Assembly (NCBI RefSeq): GCF_009914755.1
Contig: NC_060926.1
Strand: one strand, 5' to 3'
DNA from: the human T2T-CHM13v2.0 reference genome, Homo sapiens
Length of the DNA: 64,000 bases
Made by a program: the position numbers and the translations under genes. Positions within the stretch are counted from its first letter, which is position 1. The number at the start of each line of letters is the position of its first letter. Shown piece after piece: positions 39,747 to 52,608 of the stretch. Below the pieces are notes generated by a model. The model made no database searches and was not told the origin of the DNA. It saw only the letters and a program-made list of their open reading frames with translations.

Positions 39747-41815
39747 ACTGTTTTCAAAGTTCATTAAGCTCTAATATATTCCATGAACCTTCCTTCTCCA
39801 TTAGGGATATTTTTGCCTCCTTCCCTTTATTATCCTGAACACCAGAGCCACACTCTTATTTCCATTTGTTTTTTTCCTCAATATGATATCCTCTTTAATA
39901 CTTGTGGATCCTGTGCTATGCACATCATTTTTAAAAATGGGAATGTTCCATTTTTTATTTTTTAGGCCTTGTAATTTATTGTTATGGATAATTTTTTTCC
40001 TGAGTATATTTGATATAAAAATATTTGCTAAATATATGAGTACTTTGGCAGTTCCAAAGCTTTACCACAATCAGGTGCAATCTTTTACATCTCATATACT
40101 AACTAAAGCAGGTGGATAAAATCAATTGGATGTGTAAATTCTTTAAATAATGGCAAATGGAGCAAATTGAATTTCAAAGTGGAAAAAAAGGTGAACCTGA
40201 AAAGCAGTGGTAAGAAGGTCATCAGCAGAATTAGCAAAAAAAGTCTGGCAAAGTTACAGTTAGGCAGCCAGTAATACTCTATTGATCAGACTTTCTCAAT
40301 CAATGAGGCTGTGCCTAGATTATTGATGCAAAGGTATTAAGTAAAATTTTATTTCAGCTAACTTGTTGGCTCAGATGTCAACTGAAAGTCATTTCCTCAG
40401 TCAATCAAATATACAATAAATCTAAACAGATTTAGCTCTTAAACATTTTTGTGTCTATTCTTTCCAATCATACAATTATCTTTGAGAAGTTAACAATTAA
40501 ATTTTTATATGAACAAACACATGAGGAAAGCACTTTCTACAAAGCAAACCAAACAGCATATTCCTAGGGGGAAAAGACAGATATGGAACATTATTTTTCT
40601 TTCTTGAAGATAATTTAATTGAAACTATTTGAAATGATATATGTTTAATTCACAGTTTAGTTCACAGTTTTGGTATCCTCAATTCCCAGCATTCATCAAT
40701 GTATTTCGTAAGATCCATTGTGGTATCTGATATATCTAAAAGTTGGAGTTAAACACAAATCATTGACAAGAATAGCAGACAAAACTTGCTGATAAAGCTA
40801 GTGGTTTTTGTTTTGTTTTGGGCAATGGGGCAGCCATTTGGTAGCGTACTGACTGATGCATTCTGGAAAAATAAATTTCCCCTTTCTCAGGGTGCCTCTT
40901 TGGTTGGCGATATTAATTTTCTTATTACTTTACTCATGTCTGAGTCTATACCTTTTCGCTATTCCCAGCATCATCTGGAAATTGTTCTAATTATTCTAAT
41001 GTTTTTTATAATATTAGATACTTTATAATATTGACCCTTATATCACTTCTCAGATTTTGTAATCTTGCATATTTTTCACTGCATATTTTTCTCAGATTTG
41101 GTGATATTACATATTTTTCACTGCCACCCTAAAATGGTGCCTATTTGTCTTTCTTTCTCTCCAGTTCAATACCTATTCCTTTCTTCAGTGGGAAGGAAGA
41201 ATATCCACACACCAGGCCTGCCCCTACTCACAACTCAGGCCTCCTGGTGACACTATCCTACAAAAACCTCTCCTTAAAAAAAGAAAACTTAGAGTGCAAA
41301 AATACATACCCCCAGCTGATATTGGTTTTACATCTGTGAAATTCCAGGCTTTGCTGCATCTATGTAAATTTTAGTCTGACATCAATATATAACTGACACT
41401 GAAACTGGGAGTGTGAAAAGCCATCATTCCATACAGTTTAAGGTTCAACCTGTTCTGTTGTTTTATTTTCTAATTGTTTAATCGATCTACAATACATCAT
41501 CTCTTATTAACTAGATTGTAAGCTTCTTTTTAGAGACATGAAATACATTTTCCATTTGTTTATATTATCTGCATAACCCCAAACAGGGATGGAGACAGTA
41601 ATGGTCTTTATAAACACTTATTGATATGGCTTTTTTCATCGTAGGGATGAAGCACAAAGACTAAAATTTATTTTAAAAATACTTAATAGCTGGTAATTTT
41701 GAAGCTTCTGTAAGTCTCTGTCCAATACCTAGAAAGCTTCTGTATTTTGCCTAGCTAATCGCTTCTTAACCAAACCAAGGCACAACTAAAATCATTTTTT
41801 AAAAATCTACTTCTG

Positions 41816-42117
<302 letters not shown>

Positions 42118-42669
42118 CTACTTTTACTATTGATTATGCCTCCTTTACTTTTCAAGACAAATAAATACGTAATAAAACAAAGCATTTAACTCAAGTCAAA
42201 AAACAATTCCCTCCAAAACATCATTAATATAAAAACATGCTTTCCAGATCAAGGAAGTTGTTTTTCTCTTTCTCGTTTTAAATGAGAACTGGTCAAAAAT
42301 CAGAAAAGAGAAAAGCAAATGTCCTAATCAACTATTATCAAATGCTTTTCTCTACCAAAGATGAAACATGTATAAATTTACAAAATGAAATTTCTTTGTG
42401 TGAATTTTTAATGAGTCTTTTCAGAAGAAAATGCATTTTTATAAATTAAAAGTAGGTTGTCAAACTCCAAACTGCTGCTAGTTTTACACCTGTAAAATGC
42501 CATGCCTCACAACACTTAAATCTCAGGCTGTCTTTAGTAGTACACTGGATTGAAAGCTCTTGCCCATGAATGCAGGGTGGCTGATAAGATACTGTCATAA
42601 CAAGCTTTATTCAATACTATTCACATTTTCGTTTACAACCAAGGTAATATGAAGGATACTGGTTAGGAA

Positions 42670-43106
42670 CTATATTAATTTCTTAAGGCTGCCCTTACAA
42701 AGTACCAAAAACTGGGTGGCTTAAAAAAAACAGAATTTATTCTCTCAGTCTGGAGGCTGGAAGTCTGAAATCAAGGTGTCAGGAGGGCCATGCTCCCTTT
42801 GAGACTCTGGGTGGAATCTTTCTTTGCCTCTTCCTGTCTTCCTATCTTCTTCTGCCAATCCTTGACATCCCTGCCCTGCAACTACCTCTGCTGCCACATG
42901 CAGTTCACCCTGTTTGTCTGTTTCATGTGACATTTTCCTCTTCTTATAAGGATACCCATCATATGTATTAGGGCTCACCCTAATGACTACACTTTCAGTT
43001 GATTACATCTGCAAAGGCCTTATTTCCAAAAACAGTCACATTAATAGCTCTCCAAAGTTAGGACTTCAATTATATCCTTTTAGGGAACACTAGTCAATCC
43101 ACAGCA
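42670..43106 (-). mobile_element. MLT1C-like MaLR solo LTR
   Basis: acaaagtaccaaaaactgggtggcttaaa, ggaagtctgaaatcaaggtgtcagg, cttcttataaggatacc and gattacatctgcaaag. Confidence 0.85.
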
Positions 43107-46100
43107 GATGTAGGTGACAATGAGCTTCAACCCATAACACATGTAGGTGACAATGAGTTTAAGCTTAAGAACTAGGTATGCAAATTTATTATTAAAAATA
43201 TTTTTAAGAAAAACAATTACTGTTCTGCAATCATAAAGTTTAAGCCAGAAATGTAATGGACTTTCCCATTTGCATTGCTGACACTAATGCAAACTTCCTG
43301 TTATTTTATCTTTTGTTTATCATTTATCAGTCTAATATTTGGAAAATATATTTGAAGGCTTCCAGTTTTTAACTTCGAAGGTCATTTTGCTTCTCTATCA
43401 TCCCTTTAAAACTTTTATGTCTCTTCTGTATAGCATATTTATTTTTCAATGCTATCCGTTTAAATGACCTAGATTAGATTTTACAGCATTTATATTTAGT
43501 AGCTAGTCAGTAACAGCATTTTGGAGGCAACTATAGCACCTTATTTATTAGGAATCTCAAAATGTTAAAATTTTGACCTCCTGTTGATGAAGCACCTAAA
43601 TAATTAATACATTTTTCACATTTCAGCTAAGGTTGGAGGAATACAGATTTGCCTACTTACACTAGCACATTTTTAGCATCAGCAATAATTCTATTTGGTC
43701 TCTTTAAGTCTGGTTTTAATACTAATGTTACTTTGTTTTTAGAAATTGACCTCCATTTTAGGGATTAAGTACAGAGTGATAAAAATACCAGAAGATAGTT
43801 TATGATAAATAGATATAAATAAATAATGTGTATGAGAATTTATAGTTTCTCTTTCTCTGAAACTTGACTTTGTGAGATAAATAATAAATCTGAGACAAAT
43901 AGCACCTTTAATATATAAAAAGAAAAAGATTATCATGTGTGTTGTGTCTACATGAGTTAAGAAGTTGAAATTTTTTTTCCTTTTGTGTCTGAGGTTATTT
44001 TTTAACTAAGTTGACTGGATATTTTATCTCCTTGTAGTCCTGGTCAGACTGATTAACTTGTTTTCAGTAGCAGATAAATGAATACATTACAATGAAATAT
44101 TTTAATTTAAAAGTTTATAAAACTATGCTGCAAATTTGAGTGGTTTTGAAACTTACACTTCTTCATTTCATATTTAATTGAAACACCAAATATTTATTAG
44201 CATGTTTATGTATAATCTTTTTATTTTACTTGTTGTAAAAAGCAGAAATCATTTTAAGAATCTAATGTGTGGTATGAAATATCCAGTTGTATCTGTTTGT
44301 GATTAACCATAAAGCTTCCATATGTGGTGCCTGTCTTTGGATTCAGGCTGTCCACAGTAACTTGATCAGGGGTATAATTACACCCTGCTTGAATCAAGAA
44401 AGTCAAATAATGTCAAAAACAATCATTTTACTTGGAGATGTCTTGAAAATTAAAAGCTGAAAAAATTTAGATAGCATGATGTTAACATCTCAATGAATCA
44501 GACTGATCTCCTGGTATAAATTGGAAACTGAAAGAGTTGAAAGCTCTGTGGTAAGACAATGCTGTAGGAAAACACAGAGAAGCTCATGCATTCAAAATAC
44601 ATATATTTGTTGGCTTTTAGTTAATGTCTAAATTCAAGTTCCTGAATTTTTTTAAAAATAGTGGCTGGCACTGGTACTGCATCTTCTGATATACTTAGTC
44701 TTTATCCACTTTCAAATATTTTATTGCTCTTGGAATCAATAAAATGATAGTATTGACCCAAGTAATATCAAACTGAAATAACAATATCTGTGAGATCTTA
44801 ATAATCATATAATTCAGACTTCACATTTCAAAAAAAAAAAAAATCCAAGAAATAGAAAAGTCAGATAACTTAGCAAGGAAACACCACTAGTTTTTGGCAG
44901 AACCAAGAGCAGAATTTCTAATTTCTAGGATAGAACTTGATTTTTTATACTTCTACAGCTTTGGAAGGTCAATTACCCCAGGAAGAAAGCCAGGATGGTC
45001 AAACTGAAATGGTAAACTGTGCTGCATTACAGTATTAAGATGGAGGGGAAGCCAGGTTAGGACCAAGATGCAGTTGAGTAGAACTACTACAAGAAACCCA
45101 AAGTTAACAGTCAGACAGGAAGGAGTAAAGTCAAAGCCAATTACGCAGATGTGGAGACAAGCTGTGAGGTAAGCATGGATCATACAATTCACAGGACAGA
45201 TATTTTTCAGAGGTCATGATGCTTCTTTCTTAGGCTGTCTGTTTTTCAATGTAAATGCCTTACATCTCTTGAACATGTGCGTTGGCCAGCTTCAAGCTGC
45301 TGTCTGACATACACTCTGATCTCTTCAACTAGATTCCTATTAGTTTATTGCAGTAGCTATACTGCTATAGGTATATAGGGTGTGTGTACTTGACAATCGC
45401 TGTGAAATTCCTAAAAATAAAACTTGAGGAAACATATCAGAGTAGAGATATTCTTATACATATCACACATTACATTGTAGGCACATGCCATTTCACATTT
45501 TCCCAAATTAGGTTTTATTCAATCTCTACAAAATAAATAGATAATAATATAATTTTTCACCTGTATATATAAATCAATCCTATGCCATACATGTAGCATA
45601 TTGAAATTTCCTTTCGTTTCAAAAAAAAGGATAAAAGTGTATCTTGCTTCGGTAACTTCTATTTAAAAATGAATAAAATGAATAAAAATTTAAACTTTAA
45701 CTTTTTAAATTAAACTGATTCATTTTGTGTATTTACACATATTAAATTTTTATAAAATCTAATAACTTTTCTTGGCTTTCCCCATTAGCCACACAATTAT
45801 AGACTATTCTGTCTCTTTCTCACTTCCTTTTTCTTTCTTTCTCTCTCTCCTGAGTGCTCAGGATCAGCTAGAGTTACAGAGTAGAAAATTCCATTTTGGA
45901 CTCTTGACCAAAAATACCCTCCCAACAATGCTTACCAGGTTAAACTTGGGATAATTTATGACTGAGTGCTGTCTGAGCAGGTTGTTCATGGACCAACCTA
46001 GGTTGTAAGTTGATTCCCAAGCTATAGAGGTCCTGCCCCATTATTTGACATTCTTGATTCAAGCGGTGTGTAATTATAGGCCTAATCAAGTTTCAATAGT

Positions 46101-47144
46101 CAGCCTTAATAAGAATCAAAGCTCGAATTTCATTGTCAACCATCATTTAGTTTCATAAGGAATGGAGTGCGGAGAATGATATGGCCTTTCGGAGTGAGTT
46201 TGCTGCATTTTATATTAGCTGAATTCTGCAGTGTACCCCCTCTCTACAATAGTCATAAGCAAGTTGCATAGTTGCAAAGTTTGTTTCATTATAAGATGGT
46301 ACAGATGAAATGATTTGGGGGTACCTGTAAACACTTACTCTTAGATACCTCTCCAGCCTAATTGACTAATGCCTACATTTGATGTTATGATCTAAATACA
46401 TCTGGGGCACAGTAATACCCAGAGATCTCTCAGCATAAATGGATTTACTTACTTATTTCTTGGGATGAATTTTGACAGAGGATTTGGGAAAAACAATGTA
46501 GAAAGGGGAATCTAAGGGTGAGACAATTTTGCTTTCAGACAACTAAGGTTGTAGTCATTTTCCCCAGAAAAAAATCCTATGATGGGCTCTGGGTACCCAA
46601 ATATGTGAGCTTTTATGATTGGGCATACAGTAAGGAAAACAATTTAGCTGAACATTTACCTCTAGGGATAAAAATATAAGCATCTCCTGAAGAAGGACGA
46701 TCTACTGGGAGAAATCTCTGTCTATCACAGATATCTACTGACCCTCTGCTGTGCACACAACACAGTACTTTGTGTTCGAGAGTTGAAGAGACTTTAGATT
46801 TGTTACTCTTTCTAAGACTGTTTGTCGGTTGTAATAACACTGCATTTTGAAAAGTGACTGTTCTTTATTTCACCTTTTGTTCTCTGCCACTCTAAGTGAT
46901 TTTCTTGATGATAAAAACTCTTCTATTATAATTTTGGTTTTCTTTCCTTCATTTTAAAGCTATTTGTCATTATAAAATTTCATAAAAATTGTATGTTTTG
47001 CACAACAAAATAGGAACAGACAGTTGTGGGTATACTGCTGTTTATGGTGTCAGAATCATGTTTTGCATAGCACAAACTTATAGCTATTATAATATTATAA
47101 GGGAAAGATTGACTGCTGTAAACTTTACATTCTTATTGTGTAGA

Positions 47145-47405
47145 CAGTATTGAGCAGTGGTTAAGAGCACAGAATTGAAGACAGACTATGTGGGTTCAAA
47201 TCTCAGTTCTGTCATTTATTAGTCATATGACCTTGGGCAAATTATTTAATTTCTTTATTCCTCAGTTTCTTCATCTGTGAAATAAAATGATAATAATATA
47301 TCAATCATAAAGTTGCTAAGAGAATTAAATAAGTTGACCTTGGTAAGGCACTTAAAATAGTGCCAGGTACACTAAAAATATTTGTGTGTTTGTTAAATAA
47401 ATAAA
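47145..47405 (+). mobile_element. MIR, near full length
   Basis: gtggttaagagcacaga...gggttcaaatctcagttctg...tgaccttgggcaaattatttaa...cctcagtttcttcatctgt. Confidence 0.9.
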
Positions 47406-48282
47406 CATAAAGATATTCAATAGTCCAAAATATATTTCTTGTCTCATATTATTTCTATTAATGTATAATACACTCACTCTGAAACACTTAGTCTTCAAAA
47501 TAATCCCAATATAACAAATGCTTGGAGACTAATGTCAACTTAAATAATTTTAGAATTTTAAGAAAATGAGCAGCCAGCCATCATGCTACCATTTTAAAAT
47601 TAGATCACCAAAAGTGAGACTTGCCACTTAGAAATTACTTTACCAGTATGCTTAGAAATGGATGGATATGATTGTGTGGGAGGAGCTACTCATGGCCATA
47701 TTTAGTGTGATACCCAACAGGTGCACTGTGCTGCCTTGATTTGTGATGCTGACCAGATCTTCAACTATTTTTTCTGGAGGCTTGATGATTGGAGCATTAA
47801 AGAAAGTGATATGTGGAAAAGCTGTCTGTTGAATTGATACTGCTGCTATAAAATTAGTACGATGTAGCTTTTCAATAGTTCTAATGCAGAAGTATCATAA
47901 AAGAATAAACTCTGAAGATATTCTCTTTGTCTGGTAACTGAAATATGTTCATAGCTTCTTGTTTCAACATCAGTTTTTTGCCTGTTTCATGGAACTTTGT
48001 TACTCAACAGAGCTATTCGGTAGTTCTATATTCTGAATATGAAATACAAGGTAAACACTGAAGCACACATTCAATGTTTCCTGAATTGAATAAGAATTGT
48101 CAACATATATATACCTTCATTTTATACATTTACTAACCATTTGGATTTATAGTTCATTAGATCACACCCAGCACGAATGAGGTCTCTCACATATCTCTTT
48201 CTTCAAATTGTTTCTTATGGCCATGGTAGAGCTCAAAAGTACAGCTAAAGCACTTGATCCTTTAGTGTATTAAGATATTTCA

Positions 48283-50889
48283 GGCACGGCATGGTGGCAT
48301 ACACCTGCAATACCAGCACTTTGGGAGTCTGAGGTGGTAGGATCACTTGAGCCCAGGCATTCAAGACAAGCCTGGGCAAGATAGGGAGACCCTATCTCTA
48401 CAAAAAAATCTAAAAATTAGCTGAGTGTGATGGCACATGCTTGTAGTCCCAGCTACTTGGGAGGCTAGGGTGAGAGGGTTACTTGAGCCCAGGAGGTCGA
48501 GGCTATAGCACTGTATTATTCTGCTATCACGCTGCAATGAAGAAACACCCAAGACTAGGTAATTCGTAAAGAAAAGAGGTTTAATTGACTCACAGTTATG
48601 CATGGCTGGGGAGGCCTCAGGAAACTTATATTCATGGTGGAAGACACCTGTTCACAGGGTGGTAGGAGAGAGAAATGCCAAGCAAAGGGGGAAAAGCCCC
48701 TTATAAAACCATCAGATCTCATGAGAACTGACTCACTATCATGAGAACAGCAGCAAAGGGGTAACAACCCCCAAGATTCAATTATCTCTTACTGGATCCC
48801 TCCCACTACATGTGGGGATTATGGGAACCACAATTCAAAATGAGATTTGGGTAGGGACACAGCCAAACCATATCATTCTGCCCCTGACCCCATCCAAATC
48901 TCATGTTCTCACATTTCAAAACACAATGATGCCTTTCCAACACTCTCCCAAACTCTTAACTCATTCCAGCTTAAACCCAAAAGTCCAAGTCCAAGGTCTC
49001 ATCTGAGACAAGGCAAGTCCCTTCTGCCTTGAAAGGAGGCTGAAAAATAAAAAGCAAGTTAGTTACTTCCTGGATACAATGCAGGTACAGGTATTTGGCA
49101 AATGCACTAATTCCAAATGGGAGAAACTGGTCAAAACAAAGGGGCTACAGGCCCCACACAAATCCAAAAATCCAACAGGGCAGTCACCAAACCTTAAAGT
49201 TCCAAAATGATCTCCAGGTCATGCTGATGCAAGAGGTGGGCTTCCACAGCTTTAGGCAACTCTGCCTCTGCAGCTTTGCAGGGTGTAGCCCCCATCCTGG
49301 CTGCTTTCACAGGCAGGGATTGACTGTCTGCAGCCTTTCCAGGCACACGGTGCAAGCTGTCGGTAGATCCACCATTGAGGGATCTAAAGGATGGTGACCC
49401 TCCTCTCACAGCTCCACCAGGTGTGCCCCAGTGGGGATTCTGTGTGGGGGCTCAAACCTCACATCCCCTTCTTCAATGCCCTAGTGGAAGTTCTCCATTA
49501 GGGCTCTGCCCCTGCAGCAAACTTCTGGCTGGACATACAGGTGTTTCCATACATCCTCTGAAATCTAGGTGGAGGTTCCCAAACCTCAATTCTTGACTTC
49601 TGTGCACCCACAGGCTCAACACCACTGTAAGCCACCAAGGCTTGGGGTTTGCACCCTCTGAATTAATGGCCCAAGCTGTACATTGGCCCTTTTTAGCCAT
49701 GGCTAGAGCTGAGCTGCTGGGACACATGGGACCAAGTCTGGAGGATGCACAGAGCACGGGGGCCCTGGACCCAGCTCAGGAAGCCATTTTTCCCTCCTGG
49801 GCCTCCAGGCCTGTGATAGGAAGGGCTGCCATGTAGGTCTCTGATGTGGCCTGGAGACATTTTATTCATTGTCTTGGTGATTTAACATTTGGCTCCTCGT
49901 TACTTATGCAAATGTCTGCAGCCTGCTTGATTTTCTCCCCCAGAAAAATGGGTTTTTCTTTCCTATCACATTGTCGGGCTGCAGATTTTCCAAATTTTAT
50001 GCTCTGCTTCCTCTTGAATGCTTTGCCGCTTAGAAATTTCTTCCACCAGATACCCTAAATTATCTCTCTCAATTTCAAATCTCCACAGATCTTTAGACTA
50101 GGAGCAAATGCCTCCAGTCTCTTTGCTAAAGCATAACAAGAGTGACATTTACTCCAGTTCCCAACAAGTTCTTCATCTCCATCTGAGACCACCTTAGCCT
50201 GGACTTCATTGTGCATATTGCTATCAGCATTTTGGTCAAAGCCATTCAGCAAGTCTCTAGGAAGTTCCAAACTTTCCCACATCTTCCTGTCTTCTGAGCT
50301 CTTCAAGTCTCTAGGAAGTTCCAAACTTTCCCACATTTTCCTTTCTTCTTCTGAGCCCTCCAAACTGTTCCAATCTCTGCATGTTACCAAGTTCCAAAGT
50401 CACTTCCACATTTTTGAGTGTCCTTATAGCAGCAACCCACTCTACCAATACCAATTTACTGTATTAGTCTGCTGTCATACTGTTATGAAGAAATATCCGA
50501 GACTGGATAATTTATAAAGAAAAGAGGTTTAATTGACTCACAGTTCCACGTCGCTGGGGAGGCCTCAGGAAACTTACAATCGTGGTGAAAGACACCTCTT
50601 CACAGGGCAGCAGGAGACAGAAATGCCAAGCAAAGGGGGAAAAGCCCCTAATAAAACCATCAGATCTTGTGAGAACTCAGTCACTGTCATGAGAACAGCA
50701 GCATGGGGGTAACAAACCCCATAATTCAATTACCTCCCCCTGGGTCCCTCCCATGACATGTGGGGATTATGGGAACTACAATTCAAGATGAGATTTGGGT
50801 GGGGACACAGCCAAACCATATCAAGCAGTTAGCTGTGACTGCACCACTGCACTCTAGCCTGGGCAAAAGGGTGAGAGCCTGTCTCAAAA

Positions 50890-50924
<35 letters not shown>

Positions 50925-50948
50925 GAAAAGAAAAGAAAAGGAAAAAAG
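48283..50948 (+). mobile_element. AluJ split by THE1 (48283-48511 and 50824-50948), with an (AAAT)n/(GAAAA)n tail
   Basis: AluJ-type aggatcacttgagcccagg and ggaggtcgaggct. The right arm resumes as gcagttagctgtgactgcaccactgcactc. Confidence 0.9.
48512..50823 (-). mobile_element. Full-length THE1 (THE1C/D-like) MaLR: LTR 50460-50823, internal 48876-50459, LTR 48512-48875
   Basis: Two 364-bp direct LTRs (tgtatta...ccatatca). TSD agcac (48507-48511) / agcag (50824-50828). Purine tract GGGGTCAGGGGCAGAA precedes the 3' LTR on the minus strand. ORF 50055..50390 is a MaLR ORF remnant. Confidence 0.95.
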
Positions 50949-51429
50949 AGTTTCATATAATCCAAAGGTAAAACCACAACTGTAAATTGGACACTTCTTT
51001 AAGGCCCTACCTTCACCATAGTTGGTTATATGTCCAACTGAAAATGATTTGAATATTTAACTTCTAATCCCCCATCTGTAAAACAGAAATGATGCAACCT
51101 AATGTCCTCAGGCTGCATGGCCATCAATTAGGAACAATTATCCGGCCAATCTATGTCTTCTTGTATGTCTTGAAAATTCACTTGGTTCATTGAGATGTCC
51201 TAGACATATATGTTTATGTGAAAAATGGGCAGTATTATTTGGACAGCATTCATAAATGTAATGACTTCCACACAAGTCAAGGACTGGTGAACATTAGTAA
51301 TAGGGAAGGAGAATTATAATGATTGGATTTATACTATAAAAAATTGCCAGGCTGAACTGCCCAGCTACGATAATTCCTCAAAAGCAAAAATGTTGCCCTT
51401 ACTTGAGAAGCAGAAGAGAGAAAGATAAG

Positions 51430-51900
51430 GCATACAGCAGAATACTCCTTTGGGATCGGGTTGATTCCAGTAATGTTTATCAATGCTCTGAATGATGGAA
51501 GAGAAAGCATCCGTATTAGATTTTCCAATAACCCAGTTAGGCAGGAAGAAAGAAGAAGTTAATTCAAAGAGACTTTGACAAATAAGAAATGATCTGTCAA
51601 CACAAGTTCAGAAAAGGGCAAGTACAAAACAAGTATTAGGCTCAGAGTATCAGTAATCTGATAGAAGATGGGAATGGCCAAAATGAGTGTCCTGGACTAG
51701 ACCTGTGGCTCTTAGTAAGGTGAATAAGAGTCAGTAATGTAGTGCTGCCACTTTGAAATATGTACTTAGAGAATAGTAGGGCATATGAAATAGGAATGAT
51801 CGACATTACCTAATAGATGAAAAATAGATCCAATCAGGGAAGGGTAAAGATGACATATCCCAAAGAAGAAAAGGTTAAGGAGAAGTTTTCCCATATAATA
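51430..51900 (+). mobile_element. L3/CR1 RT-region remnant
   Basis: aatgtttatcaatgctctgaatgatggaagagaaagcatccgtattagatttt, aattcaaagagactttgaca and gagtcagtaatgtagtgctgc. Confidence 0.55.
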
Positions 51901-51991
51901 TCTGTCTGCTACTGAGATATTCCATTTTTGCATATCCTATACCATAGGAAATCAACAAATTGTGATGTTAACACCAAAGTCTTTCTATATA

Positions 51992-52608
51992 TAGCAAGTC
52001 CTCAAATAATGTTGTTTTGTTCAATGTCCTTTAGTTATAATACTGATGATAAAATTGCTTTGTGGTTGGGGTCATTGTCTGTGTGGAGTTTACACATTCT
52101 CTCTTGTCTGTACAGGTTTTCTCTGGGTTCTCTGATTTCCTCCCACATCCCAATGTTTTGCAGGTTAGGTGAGGTTAACTGATATATCTAAATGGTCCCA
52201 GTGAGAGTAAGTGTGCATGGGTGTGAGTGCACCTTGCAATGGGATGGCGTCCTGGACAGGATTGGTTCCCACCTTGTGCCGTGAGCTGCCGGGAGAAGCT
52301 TCAGCCATCCATGACCCTGACCTAGAATAAGCAAGTAAATAATAATCTTACTTGTTTGTATTCATCTTTCTTAAATGTATGTATAGCTCACATTTATCTC
52401 AATGCTTAACATTAGAGGTGTTGTGGGTTTTTATTTAGAAGTTTGGTGATATTTTTATGGCCAGAAATATGCCATAGAAACTTAACTCTTATTTTTATCA
52501 ATTAGTCTTTGGTAAAATTAGTTTCCTTATACATTTCACCTTGTACATTTTCTCCTACATTCCGCAGTTTCCAAGAACCCATCGACCATGTTAAGTGAGG
52601 ACTTACTG
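51992..52608 (+). mobile_element. MER6A (TcMar-Tigger) complete non-autonomous DNA transposon
   Basis: Termini tagcaagtcctc...gaggacttactg flanked by TA. Internal tgtgtggagtttacacattctc...tttcctcccacatccc. Confidence 0.85.

Noticed and set aside
39481-39838. 117-aa hydrophobic ORF and an antisense 84-aa ORF
   Set aside because: Both lie mostly within the LTR40-like element and show no coding signature.
48812-50517. Dense cluster of overlapping ORFs
   Set aside because: They reflect the higher GC content of the THE1 internal region and its decayed MaLR ORF.
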